Of a DNA stretch of 64,000 bases, positions 1 to 12,832 are shown piece after piece. Positions within the stretch are counted from its first letter, which is position 1, and the number at the start of each line of letters is the position of its first letter. Location: positions 161,510,001 to 161,574,000 of the forward strand of contig OZ024741.1 of assembly GCA_964016885.1 (NCBI GenBank). The letters run 5' to 3'. The DNA comes from Eledone cirrhosa. Its lineage: Eukaryota. The translations under genes and the position numbers were made by a program. Under the pieces are notes generated by a model, which was given only the letters and a program-made list of their open reading frames with translations, did not search any database and was not told the DNA's origin.

Positions 1-506
1 ACCCTTGACCTCGATAATGACCTGTACTACCCATACAGGAAACCCAACGACAACCTGCACTACATCCACCGCCGGTCAAACCATCCTAGAAACATCACCA
101 ATAACCTAGTTAAAAACATCTCCCTCCACATATCTCGTTTGTCCGGAGTGGCTTCCGGGAGGAAATATCCTACTGTCCAGCTTCCATTAGCGGAACCAGC
201 AGGCGACACCGCGGCTCACACAACGTAACATGGTTCAATCCTCCCCACAACACCTATCGGGAAAATCTTTTTTAGGCTCATCGAAAAACACTACAACACC
301 GCTACCACAACATAATCAACAAAAATACCATCAAACTCTCCTACAGCACCACACCTAACTTTGCACAAAACATCATCTCCTCTAACAACAAAAAACTCAA
401 CCCCTATGGAAGAAATAACCTAAATAGCAGTGGAGAGCCGACCAGGAGGTGCAACTGTCCTGATGGATCCATTTTCCCCCTCGACAACAGATGCAGAGAT
501 CGTAAT

Positions 507-902
507 GTGATCTACCAGTGCAACGTGAGGACGGACACCTCCAACAAAGCTTATATAGGATTAACCGCATGTGACTTCAAGACCCGGCTATACCAACATA
601 GACATACTTTCCGAAACCCGGCCCGGCAACATGCCACCACACTTTCGGGCCACATCTGGGACCTCAAAGATAACAATATAACCTACAATCTCACTTGGAG
701 TTTACTGTCCAGAGCCAACTCTTACACGGGAGGACGCCGTCCGTGTAATTTTTGCTCGGAGAAAACATTACAAATGCTGTTTTCGACGGACCAACTCCTA
801 AACAAGAAAGACGAACTGGTAACTGCATGCAAACACAGATTGCGTACGACTTACCTCGCCCTCAAACCCCATAATGACTCCCCGGAGGGGGGGGGGGGGT
901 AG
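507..902 (+). pseudogene. PLE GIY-YIG endonuclease domain (fragment)
   Basis: IYQC...AYIG...R...H...H...CxxC...CKH pattern; near-identical DNA at 53400-53720. Confidence 0.85.
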
Positions 903-1258
903 ACAAGGGCTGTAACACCCCACTTGCCGACTTTGTAATGGGTAACCCCTGCTTGCAAAGGTAGACGTAAGATTTTCTTATATGTTTTTTATCGTTTCCT
1001 CTATATTTCCTTCTTCCCCCCATCCCTTCCTAGTCCTTCCACTTTTCACTTTCTCGCCCACCCCGAGGCAGCCCTTCGGTCCTTTGTAGCCTCAGTATCC
1101 CCACCCCCATACCCTATTCTATGATAGAATTGGGCGACTCCGCTTTTTATAGATGTGATAGACCCCAGATACTTGCTTTCTTATCCAATTGCTGCCCCAT
1201 TTCCGTGTTTTCTAGATTTCTTAGTGGTATCTCTGCTTTAGTTTCTCGTATATCAGTA

Positions 1259-1289
<31 letters not shown>

Positions 1290-1964
1290 CTGGTTTAATT
1301 TTTCGTATTAAATTTTTCATATATATCGTACGAGCATTTATGTAGTTTGTATTAGAATTTATGTATCGTAGCAGTACTCTTTTATATCGTATTAGTATTC
1401 ATTTTCGGGATTCTGAATTATTATTTTGTATTAGTTTCGGGACTCTGAATTATTATTTTGTAGTAGTTTCTTTAGTATTTTGGCCCCCTACTTGTTGACT
1501 CGTCACTGTAAGATAGATTTGGACGATTACTACTAACTCATAAAATTCTTTCACTACAATCTCGTATTTAGTATTCCGTCCCACCTTTTCTATAGTTTAG
1601 CAGTACCAGTGAGAGACTTGATGATTGTGGTTAGGGAATAGTAACCAGAAATTGTTTTTTTATAAATATTTTTAACATTCTTATTATTCTTCCATATATT
1701 TACTCCATATTGATTTACTTATTGTTTCGACTTCCTCCCCCTCCCCCTCCCTAGTATACTTCTCTTGACCTCTTATCCTTAGGATTCTGCTGTAGTTGGC
1801 ACTATCAACGCACGACTGGGTTTCCTCCACTCCCTCTCCCTCTTTCTTCTACTGGCAAGTTCAGCTACTCCTTCCTTCCACAAAATGCCATGATAGAATC
1901 ATGTGTCTCAACAACAAACTTTTGACCAATCCTTGTGACAATCACTTTTACCATATATGGAATT

Positions 1965-2060
1965 ACCCCCTGAGAAGCTTGGCTATTCATTTAACAGGAT
2001 AAAAATGTTCATTTAGTCCAGAATTAGCCGTCGAAACGGCTTGAGCTCAGCCGTCGGGGT
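1965..2060 (+). ncRNA. Type I hammerhead-like fold, family A (variant core CUGAGAA)
   Basis: ACCCC-CTGAGAA-stem II (GGCTA/TAGCC)-GAAA-CGGC[TTGAGCTCA]GCCG-TC-GGGGT. Confidence 0.7.
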
Positions 2061-2268
2061 CCTACTCGTTCCTATTACCCACTCTACTACCCTAAGTATT
2101 GAGTACTTTGGTGCGTTATGGTCCATCTGGTTCCTTACCACATTTCCTTCGTTATATATATATATATATATACTCACACATATATACATACATATATGTG
2201 TGTGTATATATATATATATATATTTGTGTGTATGTGTCTGCATGAGTATATTAATAAATATAAAGAAA

Positions 2269-2862
2269 CGAAGCCTGCATGCTCAGATGGATGTGTAATA
2301 GTAATATACGCAAACGGCAAAGCATAAGAGGAATCAAATGCTGTGTGCAGGAGAGGCGGTTGCGTTGGTATGGACATGTGATGCGTATGAAGGATGACAG
2401 CTGCATAAAAAGGTGCAGAGCACTAGAAGTCAATGGAAACCGCGGAGTGGGGAGACCCAAGAAGACCTGGGATGAGGTGATAAAAGCTGACCTTACCCAA
2501 TTACACCTCTCAAAGGCGATGACACACGACCGTGACCTCTGGCATCACGCAGTAATACAGAGTACCCAACCTCCCATGGGTACAAGCCGAAGCTGAAGCA
2601 TATAGACAATATGCCTCCACACCCTCCCACTGCAAAGTGGTCGTGGATGTGCCACGGAAAAAAAGCACCCAGCACTCACTGTAAATGAGGTTGGTGTTAG
2701 GAAGGGCATCCAGCTGTAGAAATCAAGCCAGAATCAGTTCCTGTATGAGCAAGACAAGGTCAGCCGACCAGACACTGCCCACAACAGGACAACCCGTCTA
2801 ACCCATGCTAGCGTGGAAGAACAGACGTAAAATGGTGATGATGATGATGATGATGATGATGA
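2269..2862 (+). mobile_element. RTE-clade LINE, 5'-truncated 3' end with (GAT)n tail
   Basis: RRLRWYGHVMR...GRPKKTW; 3'UTR GGTTGGTGTTAGGAAGGGCATCCAGC; same family as 24287-25392. Confidence 0.9.
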
Positions 2863-2947
2863 TAAAGACAGGTGGATACTTTTTCATATTTTAATTTATT
2901 GAATAAATTAAAATATGAAAAAATAGCACCCTCTCTTCGTTTATATA

Positions 2948-3385
2948 TCATCATCATCATTTTTACGCCCATTTTTCCATGCTTGCATGGGTTGGACGGG
3001 TCCTTCTCAGCACATCATCTCTCCACTTGTCACTTTCCATCATCTCCTCTGCCAGTCTTAGCTATTTGAGGTCAGCACTCACAACCTTTGCCCATGTCTT
3101 TCTTGGTGATCCTTTATTGCAGCTTCCTTCCACTGGGATCTCCCGGCATTTCAAAGCTCTATTTTTCTCTCACACTTACATTACACATCAAATGAAGCAT
3201 TGTTGTTTCATTTCTCTCCAGTATATGCATGTCTTCTGCAGTTACAGCTCGTTTCACTACCATGCAGCATCACACACCACACACAGGCTTCATAGAGCCT
3301 TCCTTTTGTATGTAGGGAGAAACCTTTTGTTGTAAACAGTTGGAGTAGTTCTCTAAACTTCTATCCTATCCTTATTCTTGCTATT
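2948..3385 (-). mobile_element. Degenerate RTE-clade LINE 3' fragment
   Basis: Similar to 62405-62960; (ATG)n tail. Confidence 0.7.
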
Positions 3386-3386
3386 A

Positions 3387-4010
3387 TCTATATATCTAAA
3401 ACAGAGAATGTCTGTCTGTTTGTCTTCTGACTCCCTAAAACTCGAGAACCACCCAACCGATTGTTTTCAAACTTTACACATGTAATACTTATGGTCCTGT
3501 GAGTGTTTTGAGCAAAAAACATTTCAAATTTTCATTGCCCTAGGGACCATATTAGGCGATTCAGCGATCTCTCTCTATAATTCTTAGTCTTTCTTTTTAG
3601 ATAGATACATAGATATAACATTGCGCCCTTATAATATGTCTGTATGTCTGCATTACGACATTATGACGTCGTTATCTGTGTGTGTGTATATATGTATATA
3701 CAGTGTGTGTGTATATATATATAGTGTGTGTAACGTTTTTCGAAATATTTACTTTTGCGTTCACAGATTGATTTTTTAGTTTCAGAAGATTCTGTTAAGG
3801 GTGAAAGCAGCAATTCTTTGCTTACACTTTAATCTAATTTAATATATATATATATATATAATTATATATTCGTGTACAGATATTTTTGCATACACAATAA
3901 CAAAATATAAACAAACGTATTTATTTCACGAGGCTCGATAAGGATAAATATATATCAAATGTATAAGAACCCTAGAGCAAATCCTGAGCAACGCCGGGCC
4001 ATTCTGCTAG
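3387..4010 (+). mobile_element. Non-autonomous Helitron-like element carrying PLE pLTR pieces
   Basis: A|TCTATATAT 5' end; subterminal GAGCAACGCCGGG hairpin and CTAG|T 3' end; same termini as 50529-51667. Confidence 0.75.
3778..3828 (+). ncRNA. Hammerhead-like fold, family B (CAGAAGA), diverged copy inside the Helitron-like element
   Basis: Homologous to 50193-50243 with stem mismatches. Confidence 0.5.
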
Positions 4011-4825
4011 TATATACTAAACATTATAGTAGCTAGTCAGTTATTTAAACGTTTTTCTGTGTTTTCACTATTATTCACAAACTTTAACTTCACTGATAAC
4101 CCCTCCTGGTACTACACTCTTCTCTTTATATCAATAAGCAGTATTTACCACCTCTATAGAAACTCTCCAACCCAGTGTCATATATCCATTAGACCTACCC
4201 TACCACCACAACAATTAACACTAGCCATACCTTTTGTTCACAACTACCTTCTTAACCTCTGTGTGTCTCTCCAAAACACACCTGTTCTTGCCACTCTTAA
4301 ACAATTAAAATATCTACTTATATTTTTTTCACATTCTTTAGTTTATTAACATTTTCAACACCCACACAATGTACATGTATTGTGTTCTAAAGGATTTAGA
4401 CTCATCTACCTTAATCTAGTCTTTCACCAACTTCTATTTATTTAAATAAACATACAGTAATATAGTTTATATGAAGCTTTGTGAAATATGTGGCTATGAA
4501 TGTTTTGAGAAATTTGGTACAATCAAATTCGAATACAAGTCTGAAAGCTAGAGTAAAGTAAGACAAACAAAACAACAATTTACACTTTTATACCATACAT
4601 TTCATGATATTTCAAAGTTAGGACCTCTTTTTCAAAAGATAAGTAGTGGAATTAGAATACAGAATATATTTGAAGATTTGAAAGTAAACTTAAGGTAGAT
4701 ATAAATAGCATGTTTGAATTAGAAGCCTTTGCTGTGAAGAGAATGAAATGTGCAGTGTAAACACTTTCAACTATTCCTCCGTACACAGAAAAACATAAGC
4801 GATAATTATTATGCCTGCATCTCAT

Positions 4826-5210
4826 AGATTTTGTGGGATTTCAGGATACAAACGGACAAAGAATGAGAACACAATAGGCCTGACCTGGTGGTTTTTAACA
4901 AGGAAAAAGATCTTGCTTGATTATAGATGTAGCTTTCCCCTTTGATACAAAAGTGCAAGAAAAGGAGAAGAAAATTAACCAGTCCCAAGAATTAAAATGG
5001 GAACTGAAAAGGATTTGGAACTGCCATGAGATCAAAGTCATCCTTATCATAAGAGCACTAGGTATTATCTTGAAGAGTTTCTAAGGCTGGTTAAAGAGCC
5101 CAGCCCCCTTTTTTGAAACACTCCAGAAGGCATGCCTAATGGAAACAGAAATGACCCTCCAATACAGCCTGAATATCTGAGGCTGCAGGTAGCGGCTTGA
5201 TGCTCATTAG
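4826..5210 (+). mobile_element. R4/Dong-type non-LTR element remnant (restriction-like endonuclease domain)
   Basis: Translates LWDFRIQTDK*EHNRPDLVV...IIDVAFPFD...EKEKK...ELKWELKRIW with stops and frameshifts. Confidence 0.75.
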
Positions 5211-5264
5211 AGCAAATTTTCGGGTTAAATAACAATGACTGAGATATCAAAGTAATGATAATAA

Positions 5265-5385
5265 TTGTTTCTACTTTAGGCACAAGTCCAGCAATTTGAA
5301 GGGAAGGGGAAAGTCGATTAAACGGACCCCAGTGCATTACTGGTGCTTTATTTCATCAACCCAGTAAGGATGAAAGGCAAAGTTA
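5265..5385 (-). mobile_element. SINE family 1 fragment
   Basis: Reverse complement of the TTTGCCTTTCATCCTT...AAAGTAGAAACAATTA module. Confidence 0.65.
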
Positions 5386-6906
5386 ATAATGTAATGATGA
5401 TGATGATTTCTACTTTAGTCACAATCAACCCCAATAAATGATTGGTACTTTATTTTATAGACCCTGCAAGGATGAATGGTAATGTTGACCTAATGATAAT
5501 CAAGATTATTGAGGGGTTTATCAAAATAATTAAATTTGTCACTAGTATTTAGAAAATAACTTAAAAAGAGGTTCTTACATAAAATTAAGACTTAGATTTA
5601 AATATTAACACTTTAAAATATATAGTCTCATGTGGACCAAGTTGGTATCAAAAATGTTCATTAAGAAGAGAAGGGTAGAGAGAGAGACATTATGGGAAGT
5701 TTAGTGAAATAACTTTCAACTTAATAACTTAACAACTGAAATCTAATGCTATCTGTCATGTAATAGTGAGATTTTAGTTCAGGATTTGAATTTAATCCAT
5801 TTTGTTTCAAACCACCTAAAACTGTCTGGTATTATGATACACAGTTGTTTGTTTGAAAGTTTTTATATTTACCTAAAAGCCTTCCATCATGCTTTTATGT
5901 TATGTTTCTTTTAATAATTTGAAAACCATAGACAGCATCTTTCATTAGAAATATGGTAATAAAAGAGTAAATGATCTTGAAAATGACTATGACTTGGTTT
6001 TATGTTTTTTCTTTTCTTTTTCTTTCAGTTTTAATTAACTGAAAATGTTGACAGGTAAAAATATAGTGAAGAAAATTGCTGTCACATTCATTTCTGAAAA
6101 TGTAATCACATAGGTGAGAAAACAGACATGTTTACACAAGGAAAACCAGAAAAGAATAATAACTAACAGGATAGTGAAAGGGTTAAATTTGGCAGTTTTG
6201 GATAGTGCTTAAAGGGTTAAACTAATGGATAAGCGAGTAAAAAAAAAAATAACACAGCTTATAACCTTACATCCCTATCACCACTGAAAGAACTGAACTC
6301 TCATTTCTTCCCTCCATTTAACTCCCCTATTTCATGCCATATAAAAATTCAATAAACACTGCCCTCTACCAATTTCAGCTAGAAATATCAAGAAAACAAA
6401 TGTATAATTACAAGTAAAGCACTTGACCTAGTGATTAGTGCGAAGATTTCCAGATTGGGTGACCTATTGTTTCTCTAAGCAATGCAGTTCACTTCACATT
6501 GCTCAAATTCATCATCATAATTGTTTTACATCCACTTTTCCATGCACACTTGGGTTAGATAGATCCTTTCCAGCAATGCAACGATCCATTTGTTGCAATC
6601 CTTCATCTCTGTGAGCTTCAGCAATTTGAGATCAGCTCTCTCTCAATTGAAAATGAATAACTGTAGTTTAGTCCTGTGAAGGACTGACATTTCATTCAGA
6701 GAGGGAAATCTTGTCATCCCAGTTACTTAATACTGCATGGAACAGGGGTAAGCTCCAGGTTTTGTCCAATTCATGCAAAGCATAAGAAAATGGACGTAAA
6801 ACAAAAATTCTAACTCATATTATTAAAACATGTATGTAGCTCAACTTCACATACAAAGCGATGATTTTATTTTTTTAGCCATTTTAGATGTAAAAAAAAG
6901 TGAATC

Positions 6907-7410
6907 CTATATGCCATCAAATTCAGTTTATAACTGAGTCAACTGAGAGTTTTTATGTGCCATCAGTTTATAACTGAATCTACTGAGGGATCTTATATGC
7001 CATTAAATATAGTTTATAACTGAGTCAATTGAGGGATGTTATATGCCATTAAATATAGTTTATAACTGAGTCTACTGATGGATGTTATATGCCATTATAT
7101 ATAGTTTATAATTGAGTCTACTGAGGTATATTATATGCCATTATCCCGCCGAGGTTGACTTTGCCTTTCATCCTTACGGGGTCGATAAAATAAAGTCCCA
7201 GTAATACACTGGGTATTTGCTGGCCTTGTGCCTAAAGTAGAAACAATTAAATATAGCTTATAACTAAGTCTACTGATGGATGTTATATGCCATAAAATAT
7301 AGTTTATAACTGAGTCTACTGATGGATCTTATATGCCATTAAATATAGTTTATAACTGAGTCTACTGAGATATATTATATGCCATTAAATATAGCTTATA
7401 ACTAAGTCTA
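6907..7410. repeat. 46-bp minisatellite (~10 units) interrupted by a SINE
   Basis: Unit TATATGCCATTAAATATAGTTTATAACTGAGTCTACTGATGGATGT; period 7041 to 7087. Confidence 0.9.
7145..7248 (+). mobile_element. SINE family 1, 5'-truncated
   Basis: CCCGCCGAGGTTGACTTTGCCTTTCATCCTTACGGGGTCGATAAAAT...GTAGAAACAATTA. Confidence 0.85.
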
Positions 7411-9039
7411 CTTATTTCTGTTTTTCTATACTGGCATGGGATACATGAGTTGTAATAGACCAATTCAGTACTTAATCAGAGCCTCTGTTCTCTTGAAAGC
7501 ATGATTTCTATGGCCATATGCCCTTCCAAATGTCAACCACTTTATAGAGTCTTCTGGATGTATGTTATTGTGGTACCAGCATTAGAATCACACCACGGAG
7601 AGTACTGGGTGTATATAATGTAGCATCAACACTAAATGGATTCTCATGTCCTCGACATGGCTGAAGAATCCCTCTCAACTCTTTCTATGGTTGTATGCCA
7701 TTCCTAATGTCAACCACTTTACAGAGTGTACTGGATGTACATTATTGTGGCCAGCACTAGAGGGATTGGCATATCCTCAACATGACTGAAGAGTACATCT
7801 TCACCCTTTGTTTGACATAATTTCTATGATTGGGTGCCATTCCTAACACCAACCACTTTAGTGAGTGTATTTTGTTGCAGTACCAGCACTATAAAGGTTA
7901 TCATGGTTGAATATATGTGCATGTGACTGAGTATTCTACAAACATGTATCTCTAATGTAATTCCCAAGACAAATCAGGGTGACACATTGTGTGACATTCT
8001 GTGATGGGCCACCACATAATTTCTGTCAACTCAATTTCACTCACAAGGCTTGGGTTGGAACCCTAGGCTATGGTAAAGATACCTGCCCAAAACGCCATGC
8101 AGTAGAATCCAAACTTAAGATATTGTGTGTCAAGGACTACATTATCAAATGTGTTCCTTTTTTGAAAATTAACAAGGTATAATTTGAAAGAGCATTGTCT
8201 GCTATTTCTATAAGGTCAAGGGACCATTTAGATTCTCTCACTGGCTTGTGTGTGTTATGTCTATAGCAAACATGTTATAGTTATTCTATGTCAGACTGTG
8301 GGTTTTACAGGTTTTCAAATTCATACATATGTTTGTATCATTAGGGTGAATCAAAGTAATGGTAACAACATTTGCCCCAGATGGGATCAAATCTGGGACC
8401 TTATGATTGCTAAGCAAGCTTCTTAACCACTCAGCCATGCCTATAGTAGGGTGGCACATGCTTCTTCTGACTGACCAGTTTTTAATGTCATAGAAGAGAA
8501 GTATACAATAATGAATGTATTATTGATTTAACAATAAACAGGAAAAGATTTTTGGCAGAGTTGTTCTGCTAACGAATGGGTTGCAGGTGGTAGATAGGGA
8601 TGTAGCCACCAGATATGATGGTTAGTGGTGATATAAGCAGGCACCTGCCAGACAAATAAGCAACCCAGACCAATAGTGGTAAACTACGAGGGGAGATGGA
8701 GCAATGGATGACACTGTTAGCTCCCAAGAAAACTCTCACTACTCAGTGATGTAGCTATGATAAGGCAAGTAAAGGCCACTGCTAAAAAAGCTGAGTCTTC
8801 ACAGGTCTGAGAAAAGTACCAGATTGGAGACTGGCATGAATATACCACCAAAACTGCAATATGATAAGAAGCAAGAAAAAGAATACACTGCATCGTCCTT
8901 CATGTAGGTTGACAAGAGATGTGTTCATGCATAGGTGTGTGGGAGGGGTTCGAAAAATATATTGCAGTCTCTAATTGTTGCTGTAAAAACTGGTAATGGG
9001 CTTGTAACATGTCCTGGGAGGTGTGGAATGGATTTTGTA

Positions 9040-9350
9040 TCCCAAACTGTAACAATTGGAACCTGGAACATCACAACCCTTGCAGGAAATAGTGGAGGAG
9101 GCTAGATGCTACCGGCTAGATATAGTTGGGGCTTCCTTGACAAAGTTTCATGGCTCTGGATGGGGGGTGGAAACTCTACTATTCAGGTGTGGTGCCAAAA
9201 ATGACTGCACAGGTGGGAGTGGGGATACTCACAAGCCCCAACTGTCAGAATATGTTACGGACAGGATCTCAGTAGGAAGGAAGATTTGACTCTTAAAACT
9301 TAAGCTGAAAGATAGGTCTCTGTAGGTGGTGCAAGTTTATACACCAAACA
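9040..9350 (+). mobile_element. Degenerate RTE APE-endonuclease 5' fragment
   Basis: IGTWNIT...EIVEEARCYRLDIVG...AQVGVGIL with frameshifts. Confidence 0.6.
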
Positions 9351-9489
9351 AGGGGGAGGGTTGTCAGGGCATAGAGATTTATGGAAGTGGGAGGGGGAAA
9401 GTAGTACGTACAAGATGTATGCTTCAACTTGTGCCCATGGGAAGGTAGATCATCTGTATTACTTCATAATGCCAGGGATCAACTCCTCA

Positions 9490-9880
9490 CCTGCTCCAAA
9501 GGCTAATATCATTTCATCTGCAGGGAAGGTGATGGCCTCAGTATTTTAGGATGCAAAAGGTATTGTGTTTATTGACTTTCTTCAAAAGAGTCATACCATG
9601 CCAACTTGTTGAGGCTTTGAAGACCAAACGCCCAGGAAAACTGACAAAAAGGTTCTTGTTTCATCAGAAAAAATGTTCCAGCTCACAATTCCTTGGTTTT
9701 GATGGCTGCTGTGTGTGATTGTGGCTTTGAACTGGTTGACCACCCTCCTTATTCTCCTGAATAGACTATCATCTGTTCCCCAACATAAAAATAACACTTG
9801 AGTAGGAACCAGTATTGCAGTGATGATAATGTCATATCTTCTGTTGACTTTTTTCACCAACAGGATGAAAGCTTCCTTTT
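9490..9880 (+). mobile_element. Mariner transposase remnant
   Basis: SAGKVMASVF*DAKGIVFIDFLQK...KRPGK...FHQ..PAH...FELVDHPPYSP. Confidence 0.85.
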
Positions 9881-10320
9881 AGTCATTAAAAGAATGTAAA
9901 ACTTACCTTATATTAATCATTTATTTCTTGGTATCAATCAATATTTTGTAGTTAGTGAAAATCATCAAAATATTGACCCCAAATATAAGTTGTCACCCCC
10001 ACCCCACCCACGATTTTACCAAAGATTTTTTCATCACATATACCTCAGCTTATATTCGAGTGTATATGGTACTAAATAATTCCAAATATGGTATGAAAGT
10101 GGTTGAATCAGAATATCATAAAACAAAAACTATTAATTACCCACAATGAAGTTTGTCCAGTGCTCCACTATTGGCACTGCATTGCATTTTATGATAATTA
10201 TTTCTAACATAAATACACGGCCCTAATCCATAAATTTGGTGTGAAGGTGTAGCTGATTAGAGGGGTGTCAAATAAGGAGAGTCATCAGATAGAATGCTTT
10301 GCAGTATTCTTTCTGACCCT

Positions 10321-10507
10321 GGTGAATTGGCAGTATCGGTAGAGGGTTGGACGCCATGCTTTCTAGCATAGTTACGTCCCTTTACGGTCTGAGTTCAAAT
10401 CCCGCCAAGGTTAACTTTGCCTTTCATCCTTACGGGGTCGATAACATAAAGTACCAGTAATGTACTGGGTAATTGCTGGCCTTGTGCCAAAAGTAGAAAC
10501 AATTATT
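10321..10507 (+). mobile_element. SINE family 1, near full length (tRNA-like head)
   Basis: A-box TGGCAGTATCGG, B-box GAGTTCAAATCC, conserved central GCCTTTCATCC..GGTCGATAA domain. Confidence 0.85.
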
Positions 10508-10999
10508 TAATGTCCATTTTTCCTGCTGAGTTCAAATTGTGCTGAGGCTAACTTTGACTTTCATCATTTTGGGGTGATAAATAAAGTATCAGTCTAGTAC
10601 TGGGGTCAAGTTATCTTTTTCCTTGCTTTCTTTCTCTCATTCTCTCTCTGATAGAAATCTGTAGTGGTCAAATGTCAGTAATTGCTGCACAAGGGCAGGC
10701 TCCATTTGCAATGTTGAGGATGTACAGGTTGAAGCCAGCTCAACCCATCCTGGGTAAATGTACGTGATGGTGATAGAGATACTTAAGAAAGACGTTTCTA
10801 TCAAAGGCATAAAGCCAGCAATTTGGAAAAACCCAGTACATGGCAGGTACTTGATTTTATCAACACCAAGCCCCACCCTTCACAAACAAAAAAAAAGCTG
10901 CCTATGCCAGGTTGTCAGAAAAATCCACAAAAATATATAAACAGAACAAATGAAGCATAATAAAACTTCACAAGTAAATATATTTAATCATGACTTAAT

Positions 11000-11256
11000 T
11001 TAACCCTTTTGATACCAAATCACCTGAAACAGCCCCTAATTCTACAATAAAAAGTTGTTTATTTTAGAATGTTTATATTTATCAAAAAATCTTTCCATCA
11101 AAATTTTATGCCAGAACCTTTGTTAAGTGATCTTCCAAACACCAATTTAATAATGTGAAAGTTAGTTATATTACTCCAAATTTTTGATAATTTTCAAAAT
11201 TATTTAAAAATCAAAGGCAGTGTCGTTCATTTGAAATATAGTAACAACAGGGTTAA
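11000..11256. mobile_element. piggyBac-like MITE remnant; related pieces near 5795-5970, 12415-12480 and 15100-15290
   Basis: TTAA|CCCTTTTGATACC ... GGG|TTAA termini. Confidence 0.55.
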
Positions 11257-12832
11257 ATTGTTAATGTTTATCTCAAAATCTTTCAACATATTTTTTATTA
11301 TGAACCTTTGTTAACTTATGCTCCAAACTCTAGTTTAAATAACAAGAAAAAGAGTTATATTACTAAATCCCTGCATATTCTTGATTATTTTCAAAATCAT
11401 AGTCAGTGTCTTTCATTAGAAACACATTAACAAAAAGATTAAACTAATCCAATTGTTGTTGCTGTTGTCACTGGCATTTTTACATATCACCATGAGTTTC
11501 AATATCCATGAATATGTTAGTTGTTTATCAGTCCAATCAATATGTCTGACACTTTGTAAACAGATGAAAAGTTTTATTGGTCTACTTGACATTTTCATCA
11601 TCATTTTATGTCTGTTTCCCATGTCGGCATGGGTTGGATGGATTGTTACGGACCAGATCAGTGTATAATCAAAGCTACTATCAACCTAGATATGTCAGAG
11701 GGATCACACCCTGCTCAATACATTCCATTATTGGCAAGGTTTCTACAGGTTGGATGCTCTTCCTGTACAGTATGCATTGTATCATGGCACCTGCACAAGG
11801 AGGTTGTCATATCCTTAATGTGGTTGAAGAGTCCTCTCAATTCTTTTTCCATGAAATTTGATAGGCCTGCAAATTCATAGGCACAAATATTTCTTCAGAA
11901 TTTGGGCAGCAACAGGGAAGCAAACATTTTTAGACAATGAACATCTTTACTATAGAGGAAAACATTCATTAATTCTACATAGTAATTGTAAAGTCTGTCT
12001 TGAGCCTACTATAGCTCTCTAATGCTGATACACCTTGTAAAGTAGTTGGTGTAAGAAAAGACATCTAGCAATAAGAACCCTGCCAAAATATGAACATATG
12101 AAATGTACCCCCACTCCAACCCACTGACCTGTCTTGGAGGACAATAGCTCAGATTAAGAACTGACTTGATTCATAACAACCCATATAACCCATGCCAGCA
12201 TAGAAAAACAGGCATAAAATGGGGATGATGAGTAGGATGATACTTAAGGGACACATTCGCTCCTACTTTTAGTAGGTTGAGTAACCATATAGAAGCTCTC
12301 TCATTGGCTCAAACACCCACATAGTTTAATGGTGTGAGTGCATATATTCTCCTCTTCTAGCCAGGAAAAAAATGAGTAAAATGTGTATTGGTCATTTATG
12401 AAACAAAAACATTTAACTCTTTTGATACCAAACTGCCTGAAACCCCCCTTAGCTCTAAGATACAAAACTGTTTACAATAAAAAAAGAATTATTTAAATTT
12501 CATTTTCAATGTATAAGTTTGGATTAATTTTACAGTGGGTGGGAAGGTGCTAGCACCAATGAAATAAGAGGTGGAGGAGTCCAAAAATGGGTGCGAAACT
12601 TTGATATACATGATGAAGTTATAAATTTATTATAATAAGGTGTGTGATGATAATGATAGTGATACTAATGATGGTGAAGATGATGGTGATGATGATAGTA
12701 ATATTGGTGATGGTGGTGGTGGTGATGTTAATACTAATGGTGCTAATGATGATGATAAGATGATGATGATCTCAGATGTTATACATAAGGCAATACAAAA
12801 ACCACTTGAATTCAAAATTATCAGATTTTCAT

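Larger units (their letters stand above)
1..2153 (+). mobile_element. Penelope-like element (PLE), 3' part: degenerate RT C-terminus, GIY-YIG endonuclease, 3'UTR/pseudo-LTR ending in (TA)n
   Basis: Frameshifted TLDLDND.YYPYRKPND.LHYIHRRSNHP, then WFNPP, CNC..CxxxNVIYQC..AYIG..FKTR..QH; homologous to the ORF at 26288-28210; the pLTR recurs at 32894-33957. Confidence 0.9.

Noticed and set aside
6907-7410. Regular repeat array resembling CRISPR
   Set aside because: Head-to-tail units without unique spacers, eukaryotic context and no cas genes.
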